A DNA stretch of 61,479 nucleotides from Comamonadaceae bacterium (GCA_023259355.1 JAHFQI010000002.1:1-61479), one strand, 5' to 3'. Shown: positions 51,289 through 60,596, counted from the stretch's first letter. The notes: generated by a model from the sequence alone, not told the origin. Translations and numbers: made by a program.

Positions 51289-52435
51289 CGCTCGCCCCCG
51301 GGTAGCCGTCGTGCGTCACGCCATCGAGCAGGCGGCCGGCGGCCTTTTTGCCGACGCGGCCCGTTTCCTCGGTGCCGCCGAAGAAGTCGATGCCATCGCT
51401 CCCGTCCGTGAAGGTGCCGTCACGATTCACATACACCACGCCGCGGTGCGGCATCATGGCCTGTTCGTCGGTGCAGTCCTTGGTGGGCAGCCACTCGCCC
51501 CATTGCTTGAACAGGAACGGCACGCCAGCTGCGGCGCATTGGTCGCGCAGGCTGCGGGCCCAGTCGGGGTGCATCGGCCGCGCCTGGGGGCCGCTCTCGC
51601 CGCCGACGATCACCCAATCCACCTTCGGACCTGTGGTGCCGCTGTAGGGGCTTGTGGCCTTGAACCCGGTAAGCGCGTTCATGTTCAGGGTCCAAGTGTC
51701 GTCCGCGCGTTCCTGCGTGGCGTGGCTGATGTGCCGCAGGTCCACCGGCCCCAGCAGCGGCTCCATCGAAAGGAACCGCACGCGCGCAGGCGTCGCGAGC
51801 AGCTTCGGTATGTCGCGGTCGGCCTCTTGCTGGTTGACGATGGTGGCGCCGAGCCAGACGTTGGGCGGCGCGCTGCCGCAGGTCCAATCGTGCAGCCAGT
51901 CCCAGCCATCCAGGCGGTCCTCGGCGCGCAGCAATTCCCGAGCCTCGGCCAGCAGGCGGGTGACGTTGCCGATTCGCTTGGTCAACAGCAGCCAATCGAG
52001 GTTGGGTGTCGCGCGAATGAGCATCAGGAGATCCGCGCGCCATGCCGCCGGCACCTCGTTGTCGAATACATCGCCCAGCGAGGCGCAGAAGACGCGGCGG
52101 CGCGCCGGCTGCAGGCGCATGTCGTTGCACAGAGGGCACGCCGGAATGCCGGCGGTGAAGCTGCTCGCGCTCTCCGCGTCGCGGTCAAGATCAGCGGCCG
52201 TGCCACGCCAGCCGCAGCCTTCGCATTCGAAGAAGCTTTGCGCGTTCCACTTCACCGGATCGCCCCAGGTCTTGGTGCGCTTGCGCGGCTGGCCTGCGCC
52301 CCACTTCACGGCGTGCAGCCGGGTGTCCTGCCGTGCCTCGGCGTAGCAGTTGTCGCAGCCGGGACTGACCTTCGTGCAACCTTGCCAGGGGTTGAAAGTG
52401 TGGTCGCACCATTCGATCGCGGTGTTTTCAGCCAT
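51275..52435 (-). CDS. Phage Gp37/Gp68 family protein (DUF5131)
   Basis: IEWCDHTFNPWQGCTKVSPGCDNCYAE is the family signature. 386 aa. Confidence 0.8.
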   Translation of the reverse strand: MAENTAIEWCDHTFNPWQGCTKVSPGCDNCYAEARQDTRLHAVKWGAGQPRKRTKTWGDPVKWNAQSFFECEGCGWRGTAADLDRDAESASSFTAGIPACPLCNDMRLQPARRRVFCASLGDVFDNEVPAAWRADLLMLIRATPNLDWLLLTKRIGNVTRLLAEARELLRAEDRLDGWDWLHDWTCGSAPPNVWLGATIVNQQEADRDIPKLLATPARVRFLSMEPLLGPVDLRHISHATQERADDTWTLNMNALTGFKATSPYSGTTGPKVDWVIVGGESGPQARPMHPDWARSLRDQCAAAGVPFLFKQWGEWLPTKDCTDEQAMMPHRGVVYVNRDGTFTDGSDGIDFFGGTEETGRVGKKAAGRLLDGVTHDGYPGASDVPA

Positions 52436-53009
52436 TGGAAAGCTCCTTGAGCGCTTCGTCGCGCGCCGCGTTCAATTCGGCCATCTTGGCGTCGGTGCCG
52501 CCTTTGTCGGGGTGGTGCGCGGCAGCCAGGTGGCGATGCCGCACCCTGATGATGTCCACGTTGACTATCTCGGCCGGGCCAAATCCAAACACTTCCCGCC
52601 AGCTCTTGCCGGCCGGCGCTGGCAGCGCCTTGAACCCGGTAAAGCTCGCGCGTACCAGGGCCAGGGTGCCGTGGCGCAGCTCGACGCGGCGGGCCTCGAT
52701 GATGTGGTGGATGGCCTGCAGGTTGCCCTCAACGCTGGCGTAGCGATCGACCGGAATGCACACCTGCAGGCCGTCCCAGGCAAACCAGACGGCCACGGCG
52801 GGATCCTCGGGCCGCTGCACACCCAGCGTCACGTTGCTGCTGATCACCAGCCCCTCGACCTTCTTGCGGCTGTCGGCGGCAAAGCGCCGCAGGCTGTCGT
52901 CGACGTTCTTGAGGGCGCCGGCCAGCGTCGTCTTGAACTGGCATTTCTCGCGCGCCTTCGAGCGGGGAAAACCTCTGGGCCAGGACAGGGGGTAGGCGGT
53001 TGCGTTCAT
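52428..53009 (-). CDS. J-domain (DnaJ-like) protein with a phage-specific N-terminal domain
   Basis: C-terminal ... HRHLAAAHHPDKGGTDAKMAELNAARDEALKE (HPD motif). ATGA-coupled start at 53009. Confidence 0.75.
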   Translation of the reverse strand: MNATAYPLSWPRGFPRSKAREKCQFKTTLAGALKNVDDSLRRFAADSRKKVEGLVISSNVTLGVQRPEDPAVAVWFAWDGLQVCIPVDRYASVEGNLQAIHHIIEARRVELRHGTLALVRASFTGFKALPAPAGKSWREVFGFGPAEIVNVDIIRVRHRHLAAAHHPDKGGTDAKMAELNAARDEALKELSNG

Positions 53010-53410
53010 TGTTGTTTCCCTCGTTTGTTGCAGACCTCGATCACGCGCTGGCACTCGTCCAGATCGAACTGGCCAATGTGGGTCTTCTTGTAGGGGATGC
53101 CCAGCTGCTGGGAGAGCCAGCGATACCCGGACTTGCGGGCGTGACTTTTGGAGCAGCCATCCCGGGCCATCTTGGCGCGCCAGAGCGGATCGAAGGCGGC
53201 ATGCGCGGCCATCTTGGCGGCGCGCAGCTCGGCGTTGGCCAGGCCGCCCAGCGCGTTCTCGGTGCCCGGGTGGCAGCCCACCCAGGCCTTGCAGGGGACG
53301 CAGGTCCAGGTCGGGCCGTAATCCTTGTGCGGGTACGGGTAGCCGCTCTCTCCGTGCTTCAGGAGCTGGGCCGGTCGCAGGCAGTAGCGGCAGGTTTTCA
53401 ATTCGACCAC
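53006..53410 (-). CDS. DUF3268-like zinc-finger protein
   Basis: CRYC ... CVPCKAWVGCHPGTENALGGLANAELRAAKMAAHAAFDPLW ... HIGQFDLDEC. The start is uncertain (GTG 53410 or TTG 53401). Confidence 0.6.
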   Translation of the reverse strand: MVELKTCRYCLRPAQLLKHGESGYPYPHKDYGPTWTCVPCKAWVGCHPGTENALGGLANAELRAAKMAAHAAFDPLWRAKMARDGCSKSHARKSGYRWLSQQLGIPYKKTHIGQFDLDECQRVIEVCNKRGKQQ

Positions 53411-53598
53411 CTGATGCAGCCCTTGGCGGCACACTTTCCGCTGGACCTGTGGGGGACGAGTGCCGTGAACTTCACGGCGCTGCCGCACTTCGGGCAGGCA
53501 AAGGTGCCGGACTTGGTGCCGGCCTTGGACAGCTCGTAGGCCTTGTTCATGGCCTGCGCGATCGGGCCGGCCTGGCTGTTGAAGTTCGGGCTCGTCAT
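53398..53598 (-). CDS. Small zinc-ribbon protein (66 aa)
   Basis: CPKCG ... GKCAAKGC. ATGA overlap at the start. Confidence 0.5.
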   Translation of the reverse strand: MTSPNFNSQAGPIAQAMNKAYELSKAGTKSGTFACPKCGSAVKFTALVPHRSSGKCAAKGCIRWSN

Positions 53599-53798
53599 GG
53601 CCGCAACCCCGCGGGGCGATGCGCCCAGCCGATCACGCCCTCGATGGGCATGCCGTCAGCGGTGAACCATTGGTTGGCGCAGTGGTAACCGGGCCAAGTC
53701 GGTTCGCTGTGGGTCTCGTCAAGCGACAGTTCGACGGTGATCTCGTCGTCGGGCAGGCCCTCGCTGACCGGCGTCCATGTGATCGTTTCGGTGGTCAT
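53595..53798 (-). CDS. DUF551-like protein (67 aa)
   Basis: ITWTPVSEGLPDDE ... WF is a DUF551-like pattern. ATGA overlap with the methyltransferase stop. Confidence 0.55.
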   Translation of the reverse strand: MTTETITWTPVSEGLPDDEITVELSLDETHSEPTWPGYHCANQWFTADGMPIEGVIGWAHRPAGLRP

Positions 53799-55282
53799 GC
53801 GGCCCGCCGAAGTGCCGGCGCCTCGCTGTAATTGGCCATGACGTAGGCGCAGGCCTGCATCGGGCTCACGCTGTTGCCCACCATGCGCACCTGGGCGGTC
53901 TTGGTCAGCGGCACGCCGTCGGCGCGGTGGGTGTGCTTGAAGCCGACCGGGAAACCCTGGGCCCGATAGAGCTCCGGGGGCGAGAGCATCCGCATGCCGA
54001 TGTCGACGATCGCGTAGGGCTCGCCGTGCACCATCACCAGGCCGAAGCGGTGCTTGGTGGTGACCGTGTGCAGCGGCTCGCGCAGCTGGGGATCCTGGTC
54101 GGTGCCGTAATACTTGATCAGGAAGGCCCGGACCTCGGCGTGGTGCAGGCCCTGGGCGCTGACGGTGTGCAGGGGTTCCCGCATCGACTGCGCGCCCTTG
54201 CTGGTGCCGCGCAGCTTGATCAGGTTGCTGGTGACGAGCTGCTGCTGCGTGCCCCGGCCCGTGATGGTGCTGAGCGGCACTGTCGCGGCCCGGCCCGGGT
54301 TGTGCCCGTTGCGCTCGGTGTTGTGCTGCGCCAGGAACGCCGTGACCAGGGCGTGTCGGTTCTCCGTGGTGGTGGTGCGTAGCGGCTCGTTCGCGCGCCA
54401 CGTGGCGGTGCGCGCGCCCTTGTTGTCGATGGCCATGAGCGACGGGGCGATGAGGCTCAGCGCGCGCAAGGGAACGATGAACGGATCGGGGGACTCGACG
54501 ACGTAGCGCATAACGCCCTTGGCGATGCGCCGGCAAGTGGCCTCGGCCAGCGGCCGATCGCGCGTGAAGATGCTGGGGCAGGGCGCGTCCCAGTCGATGC
54601 ACTCGGCAGCGGTGCGCCAGGGCTTGAGCTTCTTGGCCCGCACCAGCATGCCGCCCGGCGCGCCATGCGTCGGCGGTGGGAACACGATCGGCTGGCCGTC
54701 GCAGCGGGCCACCAGGAAAAGGCGCTTGCGGATCGTCGGCGCGCCGAAGTCGCAGGCGCGCGATTCTTCGAAGTCGACCGCATAGCCCAGGTTCTCCAGG
54801 GTGGTCCTCCAGCGCTTGAAGGTGCGGCCCTTGCGCTTCGCGCACGGCATATCGTTGGTGTCCAACGGGCCCCAGTGCTGAAATTCCTCGACGTTCTCCA
54901 GCAGGATCACGCGCGGGCGCAGGTTCTCGGGCAGCTTGGCCCACTTGATGACGACCCACGCGAGCCCGCGAATTTTCTTGCTGACTGGCTTGCCACCTTT
55001 GGCCTTGCTGAAGTGCTTGCAGTCCGGGCTGGCCCACAGCAGACCGATCGGACGCCCATCGCACACGGCCGCGGGATCGACCTCGAAGACGTCGCTGACG
55101 TAGTGCTGGGTCTGCGGGTGGTTGGCCTGGTGCAGGGCCACGGCTTCGGGATCGTGATTGATGGCGATGTCGACGTAGCGCCCGATCGCCTGCTCGATGC
55201 CGGTGGACGCGCCGCCGGCGCCCGCGAATAGGTCCACGACCAGCTCGCGATGCAGGGGGATAACCAGTTGGGGGGTCAGCAT
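53795..55282 (-). CDS. dcm: DNA (cytosine-5)-methyltransferase (orphan)
   Basis: Motif I DLFAGAGG, motif IV ASPDCKHFS, motif VI LLENVEEF, RAQGFP, and motif X GNSVSP. Confidence 0.9.
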   Translation of the reverse strand: MLTPQLVIPLHRELVVDLFAGAGGASTGIEQAIGRYVDIAINHDPEAVALHQANHPQTQHYVSDVFEVDPAAVCDGRPIGLLWASPDCKHFSKAKGGKPVSKKIRGLAWVVIKWAKLPENLRPRVILLENVEEFQHWGPLDTNDMPCAKRKGRTFKRWRTTLENLGYAVDFEESRACDFGAPTIRKRLFLVARCDGQPIVFPPPTHGAPGGMLVRAKKLKPWRTAAECIDWDAPCPSIFTRDRPLAEATCRRIAKGVMRYVVESPDPFIVPLRALSLIAPSLMAIDNKGARTATWRANEPLRTTTTENRHALVTAFLAQHNTERNGHNPGRAATVPLSTITGRGTQQQLVTSNLIKLRGTSKGAQSMREPLHTVSAQGLHHAEVRAFLIKYYGTDQDPQLREPLHTVTTKHRFGLVMVHGEPYAIVDIGMRMLSPPELYRAQGFPVGFKHTHRADGVPLTKTAQVRMVGNSVSPMQACAYVMANYSEAPALRRAA

Positions 55283-55330
55283 GTTGTTGTTGTGAGGGGC
55301 CCGCCAGCTCGCGCCGGCGGGCTGGGTTGC

Positions 55331-56014
55331 TTACTTGCGGGCGGCGGCGCCGTTGGCCTTGCCGTCCTTGTTGGCCGCGTTGGGGAACGGCCAGGCGACT
55401 ACGCCTTTGCCGTCCTTGCCCTCGGGGTCCTTCTTCACGCTGTCGGCCAGCGCACCGGCGGGGGTCAGCTGCTCCTGCTCGTCCAGCAGCTGCGGCTGCT
55501 TCTTGCTGATCAAGTCGGGGGCCGTGAGCTCGAGGTCGCGGTCCAGGCTCTTGATCACGCCCAGCGCGCCCATGATGTCCTCGTCAACGTCGGCGGTGTA
55601 GAACTGCCAGGTCCAATCGACGGTGCCGCCCTCGTTCTGAACGGTCTTGATCTTGCGAACCTCGCCGCCCTTCAGCTTGATGTCGGCGTGGCCGCTTGCG
55701 CCCTGGTAGATCACCAGCTTGCAGCCGGTTTGCTCATAGTCCCAATTCAGGGCGCCGAGCATCAGCGCCACGGGCGTGAGGTTGGGCAGATCCGAGACCA
55801 CCTGGATGCCTTCGAGCTGGCCGGTGTTCTTGCCGGTGTTCTCGTACAGGAACGGCAGGACCGCGGGGCCCAGCATGTTCAGCGAGCTGTTGGGCAGTGA
55901 CGTCTTGAGGGTGAGGCACACGGCCGGCTTGACGTCCTTCTGCCCCGATTTCTCGGACAGGGGGAGGATGCCCTCGATCGTGGTCTTGGTCTTTCCAATG
56001 AGTTCGAATCGCAT
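55331..56014 (-). CDS. Hypothetical protein (227 aa) ending in a WPFP-containing tail
   Basis: High GC3. Early-left operon. Confidence 0.6.
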   Translation of the reverse strand: MRFELIGKTKTTIEGILPLSEKSGQKDVKPAVCLTLKTSLPNSSLNMLGPAVLPFLYENTGKNTGQLEGIQVVSDLPNLTPVALMLGALNWDYEQTGCKLVIYQGASGHADIKLKGGEVRKIKTVQNEGGTVDWTWQFYTADVDEDIMGALGVIKSLDRDLELTAPDLISKKQPQLLDEQEQLTPAGALADSVKKDPEGKDGKGVVAWPFPNAANKDGKANGAAARK

Positions 56015-56044
56015 GGTTGCTTTCGTAGTGGCAGGGGAGGGGGA

Positions 56045-56461
56045 TCAGGTGGCGCTGCCGTCGGGAAACGGCCAAGTGGGAATGCGCTTGATCGAGCCGG
56101 GGCCTGCGGCAGCGGGCTGCAGCTTGTCGTCGGCGGGATTGAGGCGGGGCGCTTCCTCGATGCGCGTGTAGCCTTCCTCGAAGGCCGCAGCCGGGCTGTA
56201 GCTCTTGTAGCCGTCCTCGTACATGACGAAATAGCCGCCGACCTGCGGCTTGTGGCGCACCACGTAGTCGTAGTGCGGGACACAGATGGGCGCGAAGCCG
56301 GCTTCTTGCGGGATCAGCATCCAGTCGCCGCCGCTGTGCAGGCGCTCCTGATCGGCCGGCGCTTGCTCGATGGCCTTGATCTTCAATGCGCGCACGATCT
56401 TGTGCGAGCGATAGCGCGGCAGCTCAGCGGCCGGCGCATTGGTGTTCTGGTTGGCGATCAT
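56045..56461 (-). CDS. Hypothetical protein (138 aa) ending in a WPFP-containing tail
   Basis: GGAG lies 6 nt upstream. YRSHKIVRALKI ... GGYFVMYEDGYKSYSPAAAFEEGY is a pattern common in phages. Confidence 0.6.
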   Translation of the reverse strand: MIANQNTNAPAAELPRYRSHKIVRALKIKAIEQAPADQERLHSGGDWMLIPQEAGFAPICVPHYDYVVRHKPQVGGYFVMYEDGYKSYSPAAAFEEGYTRIEEAPRLNPADDKLQPAAAGPGSIKRIPTWPFPDGSAT

Positions 56462-56533
56462 GGGTTCTCCGGGATCTCCGGTGGAGGAAATGCCGGGCCT
56501 TCAAGCAGGCGGCCCGGCTGGGCCTGTGGGGGA

Positions 56534-57220
56534 TCAGGCCGCGGCCAGGGCTCGGGCGATGTGATCGTCATTGGTGGCCGCTGCCGCGCGCAGCGTGCCC
56601 TCGTACTCGTCGACCATGGCCTTGAAGGTGTCCAGGTCTCGGCTCATGGCTTTGATGTAGGCGTCGTCGCGCCACACCAGCCGCAGCGTCAGCGCCGTGC
56701 CGATCGGCGCCAGGGCCGGGCAGTACAGACCGAAGTGCATGAAGTCGCGCTCGGTCACCAGCAGGCCGGTCTGCATCTGGTCGGTGAAGGCGCTCAGGTC
56801 GTCGGTCAGCAAGATTTCGCGCAGGCCGTCGGCCGCGACGAGACACTTGTACTCACTGGCCCCGCGCGGGTCGATCAGGCCATCCACGCTGGCGCCGATG
56901 CGCCCGTTGTCGGTGGTGACGAATCCGGCGCGCCGCACGACCACGCCCAGGGCTTCGTGGGCCTTGCGCGCGTCGGGCTCCAGCTCATGGCCGCGGCGCA
57001 TGGCGAAGGTCTCGAAACGGTCGTCTTGCAGCGGCGCGCCGGCGATGCGCTCCAGGGCGAGCTGAAATGCATAGTTCTGGCACTCGGCGCCCGGCCCGCC
57101 CTTGTTCTTGCCGGTGAGCATCACCAGCCGGCGCGCGTCGACGACCTTGCTGGCCGTGATCACGCCGGCGCGGGCCTGATGCCATTCGGGCGAACCTTGT
57201 GCGACTTCGAAGATCTTCAT
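56534..57220 (-). CDS. YqaJ-type recombination exonuclease
   Basis: QGSPEWHQARAGVITASK, SVDGL, EYKC motifs. AAGGAG upstream. Adjacent to recT. Confidence 0.85.
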   Translation of the reverse strand: MKIFEVAQGSPEWHQARAGVITASKVVDARRLVMLTGKNKGGPGAECQNYAFQLALERIAGAPLQDDRFETFAMRRGHELEPDARKAHEALGVVVRRAGFVTTDNGRIGASVDGLIDPRGASEYKCLVAADGLREILLTDDLSAFTDQMQTGLLVTERDFMHFGLYCPALAPIGTALTLRLVWRDDAYIKAMSRDLDTFKAMVDEYEGTLRAAAATNDDHIARALAAA

Positions 57221-57224
57221 GGCG

Positions 57225-58430
57225 TCACTCCTTGAGTTCGGTCATAAACTGGGCGCCCTTGGCCGTGAGCTCGTCGCGGTGCGCCGGGTCCTTCACGTCC
57301 TGGATCCACTCCATCGCGATTTCCAGGGCAATCTTGTTGGGGGCCTTCACCATCAGGTCCATCACGCTGGCGTAGGTGGCCACGAATGAAGCGGCGTCGC
57401 CTTGGGGCGGCGCAATCTCGCCGGTGTCGGGGTCGGCCCCGGCCGCGGCGGTGGCGGGCGCGGCGGTGGGCAAGGGCGTGGGCGCTGGCGTCGGCCTCGG
57501 CGCGTTGTCGACGGTGCGCTTCTTGTCGGCGTCGACCGAACGCTCTTTCAGCCGTTCGTGCTCGTCGCTCAGCTCGTTCAGCTGGGCGCGTTCCAGGTTC
57601 GTGCAGGCCTTCCAGAACGCCTGATAGGACGCCACACCCTTGTTCGCCGCTTCGGTTGCGCGCTTGAGCAGATCGGGTGGCACCTGGCCCACCACATCGG
57701 CGGGGCCCATGTCCGTGGGCGGCTCAAAGCTTTCGAGCTCGTCGGGGGAGTAGACGCCCATGATGACGTCGGGCGCGTGCAAGCGGCCCCAGCGGCGCCC
57801 GCCAAGGTAGGCCAGCTGCTGGCGCGGGTCCTCGACCCACAAGGGGGAGTTGCGCACCCGGGCCTGCTTCATAAACAGTCGCAGTTCGCGCGGCTCGCGT
57901 TCCCCTACCAGCAGGGCCGACACGACCACGCACAGCCCGTCCTCGTCCTTGTCGCCCCAGGTGGCCGCGAGGTACTTCTTGGGGTTTCCCTCCGCGTCTT
58001 CTTTCTTCTTGGACTCGCGCCACTCGAATTTGCCGATGATCTTTTCCCAGTGCCCTTCCCACCGGAACGCCAGCCGGGTGGCCAGCAGCGGCGAGTTGTT
58101 CAGCGCGGCGATGATGGCCTGACCCTCGTAGGAGATTGGGCCCTGGTCGTCGGTGGTGTAGACCTTCGTGGCCAGCGCGAACGGGTCCATGTTCCAGCGC
58201 ATCGCCTGCATCGCAACGGCCATGCACGCGCCCTTGTTGCCGCGCAGGCACTTGGCCACCGCCTGCCTGGACTCAGCCATCAGCCCGGCGACCGACAGCA
58301 CCGCGGAGAGGTTGCCCGGGTTGAGGATCAGGTCGCGGCCGGTGAGGGCGGGGTGGCCCCCGACGTATTGCGGGGTGTCTTCGCTTCGTGCCAGAGCGTT
58401 GTGCTCCGGGCGTTGGGTGGGTGCGTTCAT
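57225..58430 (-). CDS. recT: RecT-family single-strand annealing protein
   Basis: RecT-like core (... KCLRGNKGACMAVAMQAMRWNMDPFALATKVY ...). Paired with the YqaJ exonuclease. ATG 58430 follows GGAG. Confidence 0.7.
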   Translation of the reverse strand: MNAPTQRPEHNALARSEDTPQYVGGHPALTGRDLILNPGNLSAVLSVAGLMAESRQAVAKCLRGNKGACMAVAMQAMRWNMDPFALATKVYTTDDQGPISYEGQAIIAALNNSPLLATRLAFRWEGHWEKIIGKFEWRESKKKEDAEGNPKKYLAATWGDKDEDGLCVVVSALLVGEREPRELRLFMKQARVRNSPLWVEDPRQQLAYLGGRRWGRLHAPDVIMGVYSPDELESFEPPTDMGPADVVGQVPPDLLKRATEAANKGVASYQAFWKACTNLERAQLNELSDEHERLKERSVDADKKRTVDNAPRPTPAPTPLPTAAPATAAAGADPDTGEIAPPQGDAASFVATYASVMDLMVKAPNKIALEIAMEWIQDVKDPAHRDELTAKGAQFMTELKE

Positions 58431-58452
58431 GTTGTCTCCAGGGGTGAAAGGG

Positions 58453-59763
58453 TTAAGCGGCACGACCGCCGAGAATGCGATCGCGCTGGGCCTGCAAGTC
58501 CATTTCGGTCAGCCACGCGAGCACGTTCATTTCGTGTTGGTCGAAGTGGTCGGCCAGCAGCTGCACGATTTCGGTGTCGCTGGGGCGCTCGGGCATGACG
58601 CCCAGCTCGGTGGTGCGATCGGCAGCGGGCAGGTCGTGGGTGGGCGATGGGCCCTGCGGCGCCTCGTCGATCGCGCCGCCAGCGATCCCGTCGCACAGCC
58701 GCATCACCGGGCCGTCCTTGTCGGCCAAGGCGGCCACATGCGCCGGGATGGCGGCGCGCCCCACAGCCGCAATGGCCACGGGCGCGGTGGTGGGCTCCGG
58801 CGTCGGCGCAGCGGTCGGGGCCGGTGTTGCGGCGGCCTGCAGCGCGGCCAGGGCCACAGCCTCGGCCTGCTTCTTGGTGGTGATCAGCTCGCGCAGTTGC
58901 GTCATCACCGACAGCCGCGCGTCCGTTGCTTCGCCCTGCAGCTCCTGGAAGTCGGGCCCGACCTCGATGGTCGTCACCTGGGCCAGGATGCGCTCCAGCG
59001 TCGCGCTGCTGCGAGCCATGGCGGCAGTGGCCATGAAGCCGCGGATCGCAGCGATGCGCGCGCGAATTGCGTTCACGCGGGTCTGCTCCTTTTCCAGCTC
59101 GGCCAGCTTCGCGGCCGCTTCCACGTTGGCGCGCGTTTGCACCAGCAACACGGTGACCTTGCGGGTGGCTTCCTGCTGCGCAGCGGCGGCCTGCTCGCGG
59201 TATTCCTCGAACGACGGCAGGTCCAGCGTGTTCAGCGCTTCGACGATCTGCTCGAGCTCGGCCACGCCCTTGCCGATGGCGGCGTCGGCGGTCTCGCGGA
59301 TCTCACCCAGGCGAGTCTCGATGGCGGCCTTGCGATCGGCCTCGCGCCGTTCCTGGGCCTTGATCTGCTCGTCGATCGGGTCCTCCAGCGCAACCAGGCG
59401 CGCGGTGATCTCGGCGGCGCGCCCGTCGATCTGCCTGCCCAGCGCGTTGATGGGCGCCTTGGCCGCCTTGCGCGCGTGCTCCACCGCGATACGCGGTGTC
59501 TTGATGGCCAGCCGCGCAGCGATCGCGTCCTTCATGCCCTTGGGATCGGCGCAGGCGTAGGCGACGCCCTTGTACGTCTTTTCCAGCTCGGCCAGGCCGG
59601 TCTCCACCTTGTCAATCTCGGCCAGCTGGGTGTTGATCGTGGCGATACTTTCCAGCGCGGCGTTGTCGGCAGCGGGCGCGACTGCGAGCTGGGCCTGTGC
59701 CGGCGGCGGAGCCAGCGGATCGGGCATCGCCTCGCGAGCGATGGGTTTCTTCTTGGTAGCCAT
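58453..59763 (-). CDS. Long coiled-coil protein (436 aa) upstream of recT, DUF1351-like by position
   Basis: Extended A/E/K/R helical repeats. No catalytic motifs seen. Confidence 0.6.
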   Translation of the reverse strand: MATKKKPIAREAMPDPLAPPPAQAQLAVAPAADNAALESIATINTQLAEIDKVETGLAELEKTYKGVAYACADPKGMKDAIAARLAIKTPRIAVEHARKAAKAPINALGRQIDGRAAEITARLVALEDPIDEQIKAQERREADRKAAIETRLGEIRETADAAIGKGVAELEQIVEALNTLDLPSFEEYREQAAAAQQEATRKVTVLLVQTRANVEAAAKLAELEKEQTRVNAIRARIAAIRGFMATAAMARSSATLERILAQVTTIEVGPDFQELQGEATDARLSVMTQLRELITTKKQAEAVALAALQAAATPAPTAAPTPEPTTAPVAIAAVGRAAIPAHVAALADKDGPVMRLCDGIAGGAIDEAPQGPSPTHDLPAADRTTELGVMPERPSDTEIVQLLADHFDQHEMNVLAWLTEMDLQAQRDRILGGRAA

Positions 59764-59960
59764 CAGAGTCCTTTCGGCCGGCGGGCGGCGCAGGAGTTGG
59801 GATTGGGGGGCTCGTCGTTGTCATGTGGCGCAGTGCGGGTGGAAAGTGCGAGCCAGATCCGGGCGGCCAGCCGGTCGAACCAGTCGGGCGCGTTGCACGT
59901 TTCGGGCGTCGGGCAGGGGAGGTCGCCCTGCTGGCATGCGTCGGTGCGGCAGCAGCTCAT
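59763..59960 (-). CDS. Cys-rich small protein (65 aa)
   Basis: MSCCRTDACQQGDLPCPTPETC. Coupled overlaps at both ends. Confidence 0.45.
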   Translation of the reverse strand: MSCCRTDACQQGDLPCPTPETCNAPDWFDRLAARIWLALSTRTAPHDNDEPPNPNSCAARRPKGL

Positions 59961-60094
59961 CGCGTCGGCCTTTCGATCTCGTTGCGCTCGATGCGCAGCT
60001 GGCCCAGCTGCGGGGCCATCGGGTTGATCGTGGCCAGCTTGAAGTCCAGCCACGCGGCGCGAATCAGGTTCAGGAGGGGGCGAAGGGATTTCAC
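59957..60094 (-). CDS. 45-aa micro-ORF in the coupled chain
   Basis: GTGA overlap with the upstream stop (60091..60094) and ATGA overlap with the downstream start (59957..59960). Confidence 0.35.
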   Translation of the reverse strand: MKSLRPLLNLIRAAWLDFKLATINPMAPQLGQLRIERNEIERPTR

Positions 60095-60327
60095 GACAAC
60101 ACCGCCTTTCCGCAGGCGGCGCATTTGCCGCTGTCCAGCTCGCTGACGGTGAGTTCGAGATCGCAGGAGCATTCTTCGCGCTCGTCCTGGCCGTCGCCGC
60201 CGCACTCCGGGCAGTGGTGCCCGATGCCGTGGCAATAGGTGCAACCGCGCTCGCGGGCCCGCTCGTTCTTCTCTTCGGCGATGGCCTCGGCCATTTCGTC
60301 GGCGATTTCTTCGGTGATGCGGCTCAT
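60091..60327 (-). CDS. Acidic zinc-ribbon protein (78 aa)
   Basis: CTYCHGIGHHCPECGG ... CSC ... CAACG. Confidence 0.55.
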   Translation of the reverse strand: MSRITEEIADEMAEAIAEEKNERARERGCTYCHGIGHHCPECGGDGQDEREECSCDLELTVSELDSGKCAACGKAVLS

Positions 60328-60596
60328 GACGCAGCCCTCGTGGCTTTGGAAATCACCGCCTGGATGTCGGCGCAGTCACGGCAGCCCCTCCCCTGACACT
60401 CGGCGCATTCGCCGGCCAGCTGGCGCAGTTTGGCGAGCATTCCCGGCGCAGCTGCAATCAACGCCTCGGTTGCGTCGGCCGCAGTCAAGCTGTCGCAGCC
60501 GCCCGACCAGACTTCACAGAACGCATTGCCGTTTGCGTCGGCGATCATGCGGTGGCCGATGCGCTTCCAGGGGCCGGGGGCGTGGGCAGCGGTCAT
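60324..60596 (-). CDS. Ead/Ea22-like small protein (90 aa)
   Basis: HAPGPW ... ALIAAAPGMLAKL is a pattern typical of that family, with a C-terminal CAECQGRGCRDC. Confidence 0.5.
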   Translation of the reverse strand: MTAAHAPGPWKRIGHRMIADANGNAFCEVWSGGCDSLTAADATEALIAAAPGMLAKLRQLAGECAECQGRGCRDCADIQAVISKATRAAS

